DNA from: Candidatus Hermodarchaeota archaeon
GTDB taxonomy: Archaea > Asgardarchaeota > Lokiarchaeia > Sigyniarchaeales > SOKP01
Length of the DNA stretch: 64,000 nucleotides
Direction: 5' to 3'
NCBI GenBank assembly: GCA_048885525.1
Contig: JBHLLP010000008.1
Coordinates: 1 to 64,000, forward strand
Shown here: piece after piece, positions 11,194-20,751 of the stretch
Numbering within the stretch: position 1 is the first letter of the stretch
Layout of the letters: every line of letters begins with the position of its first letter
Program-made: the position numbers and the translations under genes
Notes under the pieces: generated by a model
Databases searched by the model: none
Told to the model about the DNA's origin: nothing
Seen by the model: only the letters and a program-made list of their open reading frames with translations

Positions 11194-11241
11194 ATTATTT
11201 TGTTAATTTGGTTTATTTAATTTTCATTTTTATTGTAGCTT

Positions 11242-12450
11242 TCATCTCATACAGCAATTTTTGTATTTCTTACCACTTCCACAGGGGCATGGTGAATTGC
11301 GCCCAATTTTCTTTGATTTAATTTGATTACTTGATGTAATTTCATTTCCACCTCTTATTTTATCCGCTAAGACTTCAAATCTCGGTAGAGCATGAATATA
11401 AAATTTCTTCCAGCCTTTACATAAAACACTTAATAGCTTTGAGTTTTTAGAACCTCCAATACGGAATTTTTGACAATCTCCATGACATAAGTTGATGAAT
11501 CGACATGTATTACAATCTATATGCCAATTAGTTTTTTCTCGACCGAATTTACGATAAATCGGAGATTCTAGAATATCTTTCCATTTATCATAGAGTACAT
11601 TCCCTAATAATAGATTTTCCTGTACAAAAAAATCACATGGAAAAATACTTCCATCAAATTCAACTACAAAATATTGACAACAATTCTTTCCCATATAGCA
11701 TACATTATAACGTCCATATACTAAATATTCTAAGATTGAATCAAAATGTCTAATAGAAATTTTATTTACATCTTCTTTTATCCATTGATCAAATAGATCA
11801 CAGATAAAGTTACCCCATTCTTCTCCTGTTATTGAAAAAGATTTTGGATTATTATTTTCGTTAAATTCAACACATGGGATATATTGATGATAATAAAATC
11901 TTTGATCTCTTAAATAGCGATAAATTTCATTTGCTTTTCTTACATTTTCATTGTTCACAAGAATTAAAATATTGAACTCAACCTTATTATGTCTCAAATG
12001 CTCAATACCACGCAATACTAAGTTATGAGTTGGTTTTTGACCTATTGTTTTCCTATAAGTATCATGAAGATAAGCGGGACCATCAAGACTCACTCCAAGA
12101 AGAAACTTATATTCACCGAGAAACCGTGCGAAATCATCAGTAATAAGAGTACCGTTCGTTTGAAGTCCATTGCTTATAACAGCTCCAGGGGGTGCAAAAT
12201 GTTTTTGAAATTCTATAGCTTTTTGAAAGAATTTTAACCCCATAATCGTTGGTTCCCCTCCCTGCCATCCAAAAGCATAATTATTATTTTGATTTGTTTG
12301 CATATAGCTTGCAATCATTACTTCTAATACTTCATCTGACATTCTAGGCGAACTTTTTATGTTTTTAAGGTGATCTATATAAAAACAGTATTCACATCTT
12401 AAATTACAATCTGCTGATGCAGGTTTTATTAACAATGAAAAAGGTTTCAT
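11242..12450 (-). CDS. Anaerobic sulfatase maturase (radical SAM/SPASM) with C-terminal SEC-C motif
   Basis: IKPASADCNLRCEYCFY, WQGGEPT, SPASM cysteines, terminal GRNSPCPCGSGKKYKNCC; directly downstream of a sulfatase. Confidence 0.92.
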   Translation of the reverse strand: MKPFSLLIKPASADCNLRCEYCFYIDHLKNIKSSPRMSDEVLEVMIASYMQTNQNNNYAFGWQGGEPTIMGLKFFQKAIEFQKHFAPPGAVISNGLQTNGTLITDDFARFLGEYKFLLGVSLDGPAYLHDTYRKTIGQKPTHNLVLRGIEHLRHNKVEFNILILVNNENVRKANEIYRYLRDQRFYYHQYIPCVEFNENNNPKSFSITGEEWGNFICDLFDQWIKEDVNKISIRHFDSILEYLVYGRYNVCYMGKNCCQYFVVEFDGSIFPCDFFVQENLLLGNVLYDKWKDILESPIYRKFGREKTNWHIDCNTCRFINLCHGDCQKFRIGGSKNSKLLSVLCKGWKKFYIHALPRFEVLADKIRGGNEITSSNQIKSKKIGRNSPCPCGSGKKYKNCCMR

Positions 12451-12540
12451 ATTATTTCTTTAAAAATTAAAGCAAAATTAGTTGTATCTTAATAGTCTCA
12501 TTTTTATAGTATTTTTTTTGATAAAAGATTAAACTGCATA

Positions 12541-14319
12541 TTATTTAGCTTTTCTTTTTATAAGTGTAAACATAGTTTCAATAAGCCTTTTATAATTTTT
12601 TGGAATAAATTTGGACATTAATTCAATTAATAAATCTTCATCAATTTCTTTGATGTTTTTATTATTTACTGCTTGTTTAATTTGGTTATTAAATTGCATA
12701 TGCATTGGTTTAGGGAGATAATTTAAAATGTAATAATACATGCTCTTTCCTTTGTTTTTCCATACTATTTGAATATCCCCAATTGTTTCTTCAATTTCTG
12801 AGCGTTTGTCTTCTAAATTAAGATGTTTCTTCTTTATTTCTCCGTCATATGGAATTCCTAGACGTTCATATTGCTCGAGTGGAGCATCATTTTTTTTCAT
12901 CTCACCTCTTAGAAGTTGTATCATCATAATCTCAATATTGGAATCAAATATTGGATTTTCTTGTTTTGGGTCATCTTTAAGATCAAAAAGGAGGCTCCCA
13001 TAAATATAGGGCGTTCCATATCTATGTCTTGCTGAAGTTTTCAGAGTTTTACAACCTTTAGTAAAGGCAAAAGGTTCGCTAAGTTCAATAGTTTGTAATT
13101 CATGAATGGAAAAAAATTCTCTCATATGTGTTGGTAGAAGAGTATAATTATAAAGTGGTTTATTTATAGGATTTATAGGACCTCTCATATATAGATATTG
13201 CCCGTCAGTTATATTTACATGAGCACCATGCATACCAAACAGAGCTACTTCTCTTATCTTAGTATCAGAATCAATAGTTTCCTTTAAGATCTTACCCTGC
13301 ATATCTTTTGGACATCTAACTCCAAAAAATTCAAGAATAGTCGGTGCTAAATCTATAGTCTGAACGAGAGCATTTCTTCTTTCATTCTTTTTTTTGATTC
13401 TAGGGTCCCAAATAAAAAGGGGTATTTGAGCAATCTCGTTATAAACTGGTGTTACTGATTTGCCCCACCAATCCTTTTCTCCTAATAAGAAGCCATGATC
13501 TGTTGTTACTATTAACATTGTGTCTTTCCACAAATCTTTTTCATCCATTAGATCTAATGCTGTCCCTAAATAGTAATCACACATACTAACTGAAGCGGCA
13601 TATTCTTTGCGACAATGTTCTACTTGATCTGGAGGTTCAGTTACAACAGAGTAATTAGGCCAATCGAAATGTGGTCCATCATAATTATCTTTATAGAGGT
13701 CTTTATATTTTTTTTGAGTATAAAAAGGTTCGTGTGGATCAAATGTTTCTATTTGCAAAAACCAGTTATCTTCTTCCTGATTGGTTATTATAAACTCTAA
13801 ACCTTTCTCGAATGTTCTCGTTTGGGGCATATTTTCTTCTTTTTGCATATATTTCCTATTAACCCAATCTTGACGCCAATGAGGAGCTGATTCTTCTCTC
13901 ATATTAAAAACATGATCTGGAATCATAGGATCTTTTACTTCACCCTTCCAAGGATCTCCTTCATGACCTCTGATTATTTCCCAAGTATTATATTGAGTAT
14001 GATATGTAGATCCTCCAACTTCCCAATAATGATAATGATCACTCACCAAATGTGTATAAATTCCTTTTTCTTTCAATAATTTTGGCATAGAATCATCAAA
14101 TGGTTCTAAAGGGCCCCAACTTCTGTGTAAGAAGTTATATCTTCCTGTATGAAGTTCTCTCCTAGCAGGTATGCACATTAGACTCCCTGAGTAATGATTA
14201 TCAAAGGTTACTGATTTTTCTGCTAATCTTTGAAAATTAGGAGTGTGGACCCAATTACAACCATAAGGTTCAAGAAAATCTTTTCTCAGAGTGTCAAAAA
14301 AAATTAGTATTACTTTCAT
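12541..14319 (-). CDS. Cys-type (formylglycine-dependent) sulfatase
   Basis: FDTLR, signature CIPARRELHTGR, DPHEP, TTDHG. Confidence 0.92.
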   Translation of the reverse strand: MKVILIFFDTLRKDFLEPYGCNWVHTPNFQRLAEKSVTFDNHYSGSLMCIPARRELHTGRYNFLHRSWGPLEPFDDSMPKLLKEKGIYTHLVSDHYHYWEVGGSTYHTQYNTWEIIRGHEGDPWKGEVKDPMIPDHVFNMREESAPHWRQDWVNRKYMQKEENMPQTRTFEKGLEFIITNQEEDNWFLQIETFDPHEPFYTQKKYKDLYKDNYDGPHFDWPNYSVVTEPPDQVEHCRKEYAASVSMCDYYLGTALDLMDEKDLWKDTMLIVTTDHGFLLGEKDWWGKSVTPVYNEIAQIPLFIWDPRIKKKNERRNALVQTIDLAPTILEFFGVRCPKDMQGKILKETIDSDTKIREVALFGMHGAHVNITDGQYLYMRGPINPINKPLYNYTLLPTHMREFFSIHELQTIELSEPFAFTKGCKTLKTSARHRYGTPYIYGSLLFDLKDDPKQENPIFDSNIEIMMIQLLRGEMKKNDAPLEQYERLGIPYDGEIKKKHLNLEDKRSEIEETIGDIQIVWKNKGKSMYYYILNYLPKPMHMQFNNQIKQAVNNKNIKEIDEDLLIELMSKFIPKNYKRLIETMFTLIKRKAK

Positions 14320-14464
14320 TATTTTCTCTTTATATATCTTATGTTCAATATTATTATACTTAATTTAGATGTATTTTTTAATATTATGTATAGAATTTTA
14401 TAAAGATTTATAATTTTGAGCCGATTTAATAGATTATTAAATACTATTTTACAAATCTAGAAAT

Positions 14465-15730
14465 ATGCTTAGAGTTGGAATAATTGGTTGTGGCGATATC
14501 TCCAATTTGAATGTTTTGGGTTATCTCCATTCACAAGATACAGAAATTGTTGCTGTTTCTGATACTGATATTAAGAAAGCTAGAAATAAATTAGAACAAT
14601 GGGGCTTAAGAACTATAAAGATATACCCAGATTATAGGGAAATGGTTAAGCGAGAAGATTTAGATATCGTAGAAATTTTAACTCCACATCATCTTCATGG
14701 ACCCATGACAGAATATTGTGCGAAAAAAGGAATTAAAGGAATTTCAGTTCAAAAACCGATGGCTCATACAATCTCAGATTGTGACAATATGATAAAGGTT
14801 TGTGAAGAAGAAAAAGTGATATTAAAAGTATATGAAAATTTTCGATTTTATCCTGTGTATCTAAGAGCAAAGGAATTATTAGAGAATGGAATCATCGGAG
14901 ATTTATTAAATTTTAGAATCAATTCGATTAATGCAGGTGGTCCTAGTATGCCTAGAGATCTGAAATCAACTGGATGGCGTCGAAAATTTGAAGTTTGTGG
15001 TGGAGGACCATGGGTTTATGATGATGGAATTCACAAGTTTTCAATGGCTCTCTGGTTAATGGGTCAAGACAGAGTTGAACAAGTATATAGTTGGATTGAT
15101 TATTTTTCTGCGGTCTGGGATGGACCAAGTTATTTAATTTGGAGATATCCAAGAAATAATGATAATGAAGCCCCCAGATATGGTATTTTTGAGATTACTA
15201 TAGCTCCTAATCTATATTATCCAACTAACTATTATGTTTGTGATGAATATATTGAAATATCTGGTACAAAAGGTTTAATGTGGATAAATCAGTGTACTTG
15301 TGGAGGTAATTTTATTTCAAAAAGTTCCCAGTTTCCCCCTATTATTGTATATACTAATGGAGAAGTAAACACGTATGGAAATGAGCTCCCGAGAGATTGG
15401 AGATATTCTTTTATTAATTCAACTGAACATTTTATTAAAGTTATGAGAAGTGGAGGAACCCCTATTTATAATGGAGAACAAGGAAAAAGCCTAACTATTT
15501 TTGCTAAAATGGCCCACCTCTCAGATCAAAAAAAAAGAGCTATTTTTTGGCAAGAAATGACTTCTGAAAATGAAATAAACCGTTCATGCTCAGTTGAGGA
15601 ACCTAAAGATATCAATACAGCGGAATTAAGTAGGTATTTTTCAAGAATAAGAAAAGATTTAAAGAAAGGGAAACAAGCGGGTTTAATTACTAAAGAATTG
15701 AAATATGACAAGGATCTATTAGTTGAATAA
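14465..15730 (+). CDS. Gfo/Idh/MocA NAD(P)-dependent oxidoreductase
   Basis: GIIGCGDIS, TPHHLH, VQKPMA, DDGIH. Confidence 0.88.
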   Translation: MLRVGIIGCGDISNLNVLGYLHSQDTEIVAVSDTDIKKARNKLEQWGLRTIKIYPDYREMVKREDLDIVEILTPHHLHGPMTEYCAKKGIKGISVQKPMAHTISDCDNMIKVCEEEKVILKVYENFRFYPVYLRAKELLENGIIGDLLNFRINSINAGGPSMPRDLKSTGWRRKFEVCGGGPWVYDDGIHKFSMALWLMGQDRVEQVYSWIDYFSAVWDGPSYLIWRYPRNNDNEAPRYGIFEITIAPNLYYPTNYYVCDEYIEISGTKGLMWINQCTCGGNFISKSSQFPPIIVYTNGEVNTYGNELPRDWRYSFINSTEHFIKVMRSGGTPIYNGEQGKSLTIFAKMAHLSDQKKRAIFWQEMTSENEINRSCSVEEPKDINTAELSRYFSRIRKDLKKGKQAGLITKELKYDKDLLVE

Positions 15731-15734
15731 TATC

Positions 15735-16835
15735 TTAATCAAGAAATATCTCTTTTCCTTGCTCAACAGATTTAATTGCTGCTAGATTAAATTTCAATAT
15801 TGCTCTTGCTTGTTCACCAGAAAGAATTGGATCTTTATTATTTTTAACTACGTCTATAAAGTAATTAGTTGCATTAATAAAACTATGTTTCCAATCTTTT
15901 TGAAATTCTTTATATGTTTCCACCTTTCCATCTCGAATAATTATGATGGGAGGAAAGATTTCAGAATCAGACATTTTATTTCCTATTGATGTTCCTTGGT
16001 TTATCTTCATTATTCCACGACTAGCTATAATTTCAATGAATTCATCAACAGGATAATATTTTGAATCTGAGAAATTCACTTCCGGCATTAATGCAAATTC
16101 CATATTACCATATTGTGGAATTACGTGCTCTCTACTTTGCTTATATTTGAACATTACATAAGCAGGAGCATCAAGTCCTTGATAGTTATCTGTCCAACTG
16201 AAGACTTTTTCAATTTCTTCGTTGAAAAACCACCATGCTAAAGAGAAAGCGTGCCATCCGTTATCAAAAAGAATTGGAGAACCATTAGGTCCACCTCCGA
16301 TTTTTTTTGGATCTTTTCTCCATATTTCTGCGCTTTTTGGAATTTCCCAACCACCCTTTGTACCTATTGCCGTCTTAATTCGGATTGATGAAGGATCACC
16401 AATATAATCATTATCCAATAATTCTTTTGCCTTCATTATATGAGGGGTAAATACAAAATTCTCATAAATAGAAAGAATTGAGCCTGAATTTTTACAAGCA
16501 TCAATCATATTATCAGCTTCTTCTAAAGTCAAAGCCATTGGTTTTTGGACCGAAATTCCCTTTATTCCTTTTTGAGCAGCATAAATAGTAGCATCAGCAT
16601 GAAGATGATGAGGTAATAATATCTCAACAATATCTAAATCCTCTTTATCTAACATTTCCTTATAATTAGAATAAATTGAAATGGACTTATTTAAATTAAA
16701 ACTTTCGATTTTTTGCTTAGCCTTTTCAACAGTTCTATTGCATAAACACTTGATTTGAGTATCATCTCGATTTAAATAACCTAATATATTAAGGTCAAAG
16801 ATGACACCAGTTCCAATAATACCAACTTTTAACAT
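15735..16835 (-). CDS. Gfo/Idh/MocA oxidoreductase (paralog of 14465-15730)
   Basis: GIIGTG, LPHHLH, KGIKGISVQKPMA shared with the neighbour, DNGWH. Confidence 0.88.
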   Translation of the reverse strand: MLKVGIIGTGVIFDLNILGYLNRDDTQIKCLCNRTVEKAKQKIESFNLNKSISIYSNYKEMLDKEDLDIVEILLPHHLHADATIYAAQKGIKGISVQKPMALTLEEADNMIDACKNSGSILSIYENFVFTPHIMKAKELLDNDYIGDPSSIRIKTAIGTKGGWEIPKSAEIWRKDPKKIGGGPNGSPILFDNGWHAFSLAWWFFNEEIEKVFSWTDNYQGLDAPAYVMFKYKQSREHVIPQYGNMEFALMPEVNFSDSKYYPVDEFIEIIASRGIMKINQGTSIGNKMSDSEIFPPIIIIRDGKVETYKEFQKDWKHSFINATNYFIDVVKNNKDPILSGEQARAILKFNLAAIKSVEQGKEIFLD

Positions 16836-16913
16836 AAAATATTCAAGTATAAAATAATTAATTAAATTTAAAAAATCTCCATTGGTAAAAATTTTTATCT
16901 AAAGTAGTGTCAA

Positions 16914-17831
16914 GTGAAACTTCTATTGAATAATAGATTAATTGAATATCTTGAATCGGTTTTTGAAACAAGTGAGCTTAATCGGCTTCATGAGAATTAT
17001 GGAGCAGGTAGAATTTTCAATAATCCCATAATTGGGGTAGCTCGAGGAGATGATCCAATATTTCAGGAATTCAAGAAAGTTGTTGGACCAGAACATTTAA
17101 CTCCTCTTAAATTATGGTTAAAAGAAGACCAGAGAGAAATAGAGGCTTCAAAATTACGAGTTGTCTCTATAGTTTTTCCTTATGTTAATAAAATTCGAGA
17201 TGAAAGTATAAAAATTAAAAGAACATCAGAATTAGTTGTCCCTGCTGAAATTTATGCTGTAGGTAGAAATTATGCTATTCCTTTTAAAAAAGCTGTATGT
17301 AGAGAAATAATTGATTTTTTTCATAAAAATGGTTATATAACAATAGCAGGAATGTTATCGGAGTTCGTCAGCACTATTGTATCACAAAAAATTTATTCTA
17401 ATTGGTCAGAACGCCATATTGCTTTTGCTGCAGGATTAGGTACATTTAGTTTACACGAGGGATTAATTACTGATGTAGGATGTAATATTAGGTTAGCTTC
17501 TGTTTTAACAAATGCCCCTCTCAAAGTCACAAAAAGAGAGAGTGATGATCCTTACGGAAATTGTTTATTTTATGCAGAAGGTACTTGTAGAAAATGTGAA
17601 GAGATGTGTCCTGCTAATGCAATTAATGAAAATGGGCATGATAAAGATAAATGTCGTGAATATTTACGAAAAGTAGCAAAAATAAATATTGAACGTATTG
17701 GAACAATTTTAAAACCTCATAGGCGTCGTGTAGATTGGAGGTTAAGGCATCCCTCCTATCCAGTAGGGTGTGCTTTCTGTCAATTTGGAGTTCCGTGTAT
17801 GGATAAAAATCCAATGAAAAGAAATATATAA
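16914..17831 (+). CDS. Epoxyqueuosine-reductase (QueG)/reductive-dehalogenase-like Fe-S protein
   Basis: WSERHIAFAAGLG, RLASVLT, CRKCEEMCP, CAFCQFGVPC. Confidence 0.75.
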   Translation: MKLLLNNRLIEYLESVFETSELNRLHENYGAGRIFNNPIIGVARGDDPIFQEFKKVVGPEHLTPLKLWLKEDQREIEASKLRVVSIVFPYVNKIRDESIKIKRTSELVVPAEIYAVGRNYAIPFKKAVCREIIDFFHKNGYITIAGMLSEFVSTIVSQKIYSNWSERHIAFAAGLGTFSLHEGLITDVGCNIRLASVLTNAPLKVTKRESDDPYGNCLFYAEGTCRKCEEMCPANAINENGHDKDKCREYLRKVAKINIERIGTILKPHRRRVDWRLRHPSYPVGCAFCQFGVPCMDKNPMKRNI

Positions 17832-17894
17832 TTGGTACTTGAGAATTGAATTATATTAGGAAATTTGATTAATTAAATACTTTTATATAAATCA

Positions 17895-19562
17895 ATGTCA
17901 TCTAAGAGAAAAGAATTAGATCCAAGTAAGGCATATGAAAGAGCCTTATATCGTGGCTGTGGTTATTCTTACGAAGATTTAAAGAAACCTAAAGTTGCCA
18001 TAGTAAATTCATGGAATAATATTAATCCAGGACATATACACCTAAGGAAATTGGCTGATTTCGTTAAAGAAGGTATTGAAGAAAGTGGTGGTACTCCTAT
18101 GGAATTTAATACTATTGCGATTTGTGATGGTATTGCGAATTCTGGAAATTTTTCTAAATATGTTCTACCTTCTCGAGAGATTATTGCTGCATCCGTAGAA
18201 TGTACAATAAAAGCATATAATTTCGATGGAATGGTAATGTTATGTTCTTGCGATAAGATAATACCTGGAATGCTCTTAGCTGCTGCTAGATGTAATATTC
18301 CCACCATTTTTCTCACTGGAGGAGTTATGTTAGCCAAAACTTTTCAAGATGGACCACTTAAGGGAAAAACTTTTGTTACCTCTGATATTAAGGAAGCAAT
18401 TGGGAAATATAATGCAGGTCTAATTACAAAAGAAGAATTTTTCCTAATTGAATCAGAAACCTGTTGTTCTCCTGGAGCTTGTAATATGATGGGTACTGCG
18501 AATACTATGGCATGTATTGTAGAAGCAATGGGGCTTTCTTTACCAGATTGTGCCACAATGAGTGCAGTAAGCGATGAAAGGAAAAAAATATGTAGAGATT
18601 CAGGAAAAACTATAATGCAATTAATTGAGAAAGGAGTAAAAGCTTTAGATTTGATCACTCATAATTCAATTGAAAATGCAATTAAGGTGGCATTATCATT
18701 TGGTGGATCTTCAAATATGATATTACATTTATGTGCGTTATCCCATGAGATAGGGGGTAATCTAACCCATTTTGATTTTGATAGAATTAGTAAATCAATT
18801 CCTTTATTAGCCAAATTCAAACCATCATCGGAATATACTCTCTCAGAGTTTCATGAAGCTGGTGGTATTAAAGTTTTAATGAAAAAATTATCAAAACTTT
18901 TAAGCTTATCAACAAAAATGGTCAATGGGTTAACTTTTAAAGAATATCTTGAATATATTGAATTTGAAGATTACCAAATTATAAGGAATTTAGAAGATCC
19001 AATCACAAGTGAAGGAGGGATTGCTGTATTAAAAGGGAGTTTAGCGCCTGAAGGAGCCATTATAAAACAAAGTGCTATTGATCCTAAAATGAGATATCAT
19101 AAGGGACCTGCTAAAGTCTTTGAATGTGAGGAAGATTTAAGAGATACTTTATTATCAAAAACCATCAAAGAAGGCGATATATTAGTAATTCGCTATGAAG
19201 GTCCAAAAGGTTCTCCAGGGATGAGAGAATTATCAATTTCGGCAGCCATTTTAGTAGGTATGGGATTAGGAGATTCCGTAACAATGATAACTGATGGAAG
19301 ATATTCAGGAGCTACAAAAGGTCCTTGTATAGGACATGTTTGTCCGGAAGCAATCGAAGGAGGACCTATAGCATTAGTTCAAAACGGTGACTTGATCGAA
19401 ATTGATCTTAATAACCGAAGGTTGGATTTATTAATTCCTCAAGGAGAAATGGAAAATAGGCTAAAAAAGTGGAAAAAACCAGAAATAGATATTAAGTCGG
19501 GCTATTTAAGTATTTATAGTAAAATCGTAAGCTCTGCGAAGTATGGAGCTTATTTACAATGA
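17895..19562 (+). CDS. ilvD: Dihydroxy-acid dehydratase (IlvD/Edd family)
   Basis: [45 protein letters not shown]. Confidence 0.88.
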   Translation: MSSKRKELDPSKAYERALYRGCGYSYEDLKKPKVAIVNSWNNINPGHIHLRKLADFVKEGIEESGGTPMEFNTIAICDGIANSGNFSKYVLPSREIIAASVECTIKAYNFDGMVMLCSCDKIIPGMLLAAARCNIPTIFLTGGVMLAKTFQDGPLKGKTFVTSDIKEAIGKYNAGLITKEEFFLIESETCCSPGACNMMGTANTMACIVEAMGLSLPDCATMSAVSDERKKICRDSGKTIMQLIEKGVKALDLITHNSIENAIKVALSFGGSSNMILHLCALSHEIGGNLTHFDFDRISKSIPLLAKFKPSSEYTLSEFHEAGGIKVLMKKLSKLLSLSTKMVNGLTFKEYLEYIEFEDYQIIRNLEDPITSEGGIAVLKGSLAPEGAIIKQSAIDPKMRYHKGPAKVFECEEDLRDTLLSKTIKEGDILVIRYEGPKGSPGMRELSISAAILVGMGLGDSVTMITDGRYSGATKGPCIGHVCPEAIEGGPIALVQNGDLIEIDLNNRRLDLLIPQGEMENRLKKWKKPEIDIKSGYLSIYSKIVSSAKYGAYLQ

Positions 19563-19573
19563 ATTGTTAAATT

Positions 19574-20731
19574 ATGATTGATGAAGTACGTCTATTAAAT
19601 AATCTAAAAGATTTTTCTTTTCCAAGGTTATCTGGAACTGATTTTGAGAAGAAATCTTTCAATATTGCAAAAAAGAAAATAGAAGAACTAAACCTCTCTC
19701 CGATGCATCAAGATTTTTCTTTTAGCATTTTTTATTCAAGAATTTATCCAAAAGTTGCTTTAACATTATTAAGTTGGCTCCTTTTGGTTGTTTTTCTGAA
19801 CCTTAAATTAATATTTAATATAGTTAATTTATCTATAATCTTCATTTTAATTTTAATTCTAATGTTATATACTCGGAATCCAGAGAAAATTAAAGTGGGA
19901 CGAGAGTACCATTCTCAGAATTTATTTTTGAAACTTGCATCTCAAACCGAGAATGAAAGCTCAGATTATAATATTTTTCTACTTTCACATTTAGATTCAA
20001 AAGGACAGGCATTTTCGATAAAAATTCGTATTCAATTGTATTACGTATGGATAATAACTTTTCCGTTAGGTCTTTTGTTTTCTATTCTAAATTCGTTTTT
20101 TTTAATTGAAGATTATTTACTATTAAAAATTATTACAATTTTAAGCTTATGCTTTAACCTTACAGCTATAATAATACTTTGGATGAATAAAACTAATAAT
20201 ATATCAAAAGGGGCTATAGATAATGCTTCTGGTATTTCATGTGTTTTAGAACTACTATATTATTATTCTAATGTCAAAGAGAGACAAAAAAATTGTAATT
20301 TATGGTTTGTTTTTACAGGTGCAGAAGAATCTGGGACCATGGGTATAAGAAATTTTTATAGGAATATTAAAAATTTTGATAGAGATAAGACTTTCATAAT
20401 CAACTTCGACTCTATAGCTAAGAAAGTAAATCTATGGGATCATGGTCTCCTTAATAATAAATATTTTAAGTCTTTTAATTATATTATAGAAAATAAAGAT
20501 ATAATGAGTTTAGAGAAGAAAACATACAGATTTTACATTGGTACATATAGTGATGGATTATTTCTATTGAATAAGAAATTTAAAGGAATTGGTAATGGCG
20601 ATAGAAGCACCTATAATTATGTTCATTCTAAAAATGATGATTTGGATAAAATTGATGTAATAGTCTTAAAAAAACTCTGCCAATTTTATACAATCCTTTT
20701 AAATGAAGTTGATATGAATTTGAAAAACTAA
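19574..20731 (+). CDS. Membrane-embedded M28-family peptidase
   Basis: SHLDS, GAIDNASG, GAEESG, NFD and terminal HSKND zinc-ligand motifs, with hydrophobic segments in between. Confidence 0.8.
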   Translation: MIDEVRLLNNLKDFSFPRLSGTDFEKKSFNIAKKKIEELNLSPMHQDFSFSIFYSRIYPKVALTLLSWLLLVVFLNLKLIFNIVNLSIIFILILILMLYTRNPEKIKVGREYHSQNLFLKLASQTENESSDYNIFLLSHLDSKGQAFSIKIRIQLYYVWIITFPLGLLFSILNSFFLIEDYLLLKIITILSLCFNLTAIIILWMNKTNNISKGAIDNASGISCVLELLYYYSNVKERQKNCNLWFVFTGAEESGTMGIRNFYRNIKNFDRDKTFIINFDSIAKKVNLWDHGLLNNKYFKSFNYIIENKDIMSLEKKTYRFYIGTYSDGLFLLNKKFKGIGNGDRSTYNYVHSKNDDLDKIDVIVLKKLCQFYTILLNEVDMNLKN

Positions 20732-20751
20732 AGTTAGAGAGTTGGTTATTA

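Noticed and set aside
11242-11310. SEC-C motif on the sulfatase maturase as a novel fusion
   Set aside because: SEC-C tails on anaerobic sulfatase maturases are already a commonly seen architecture.
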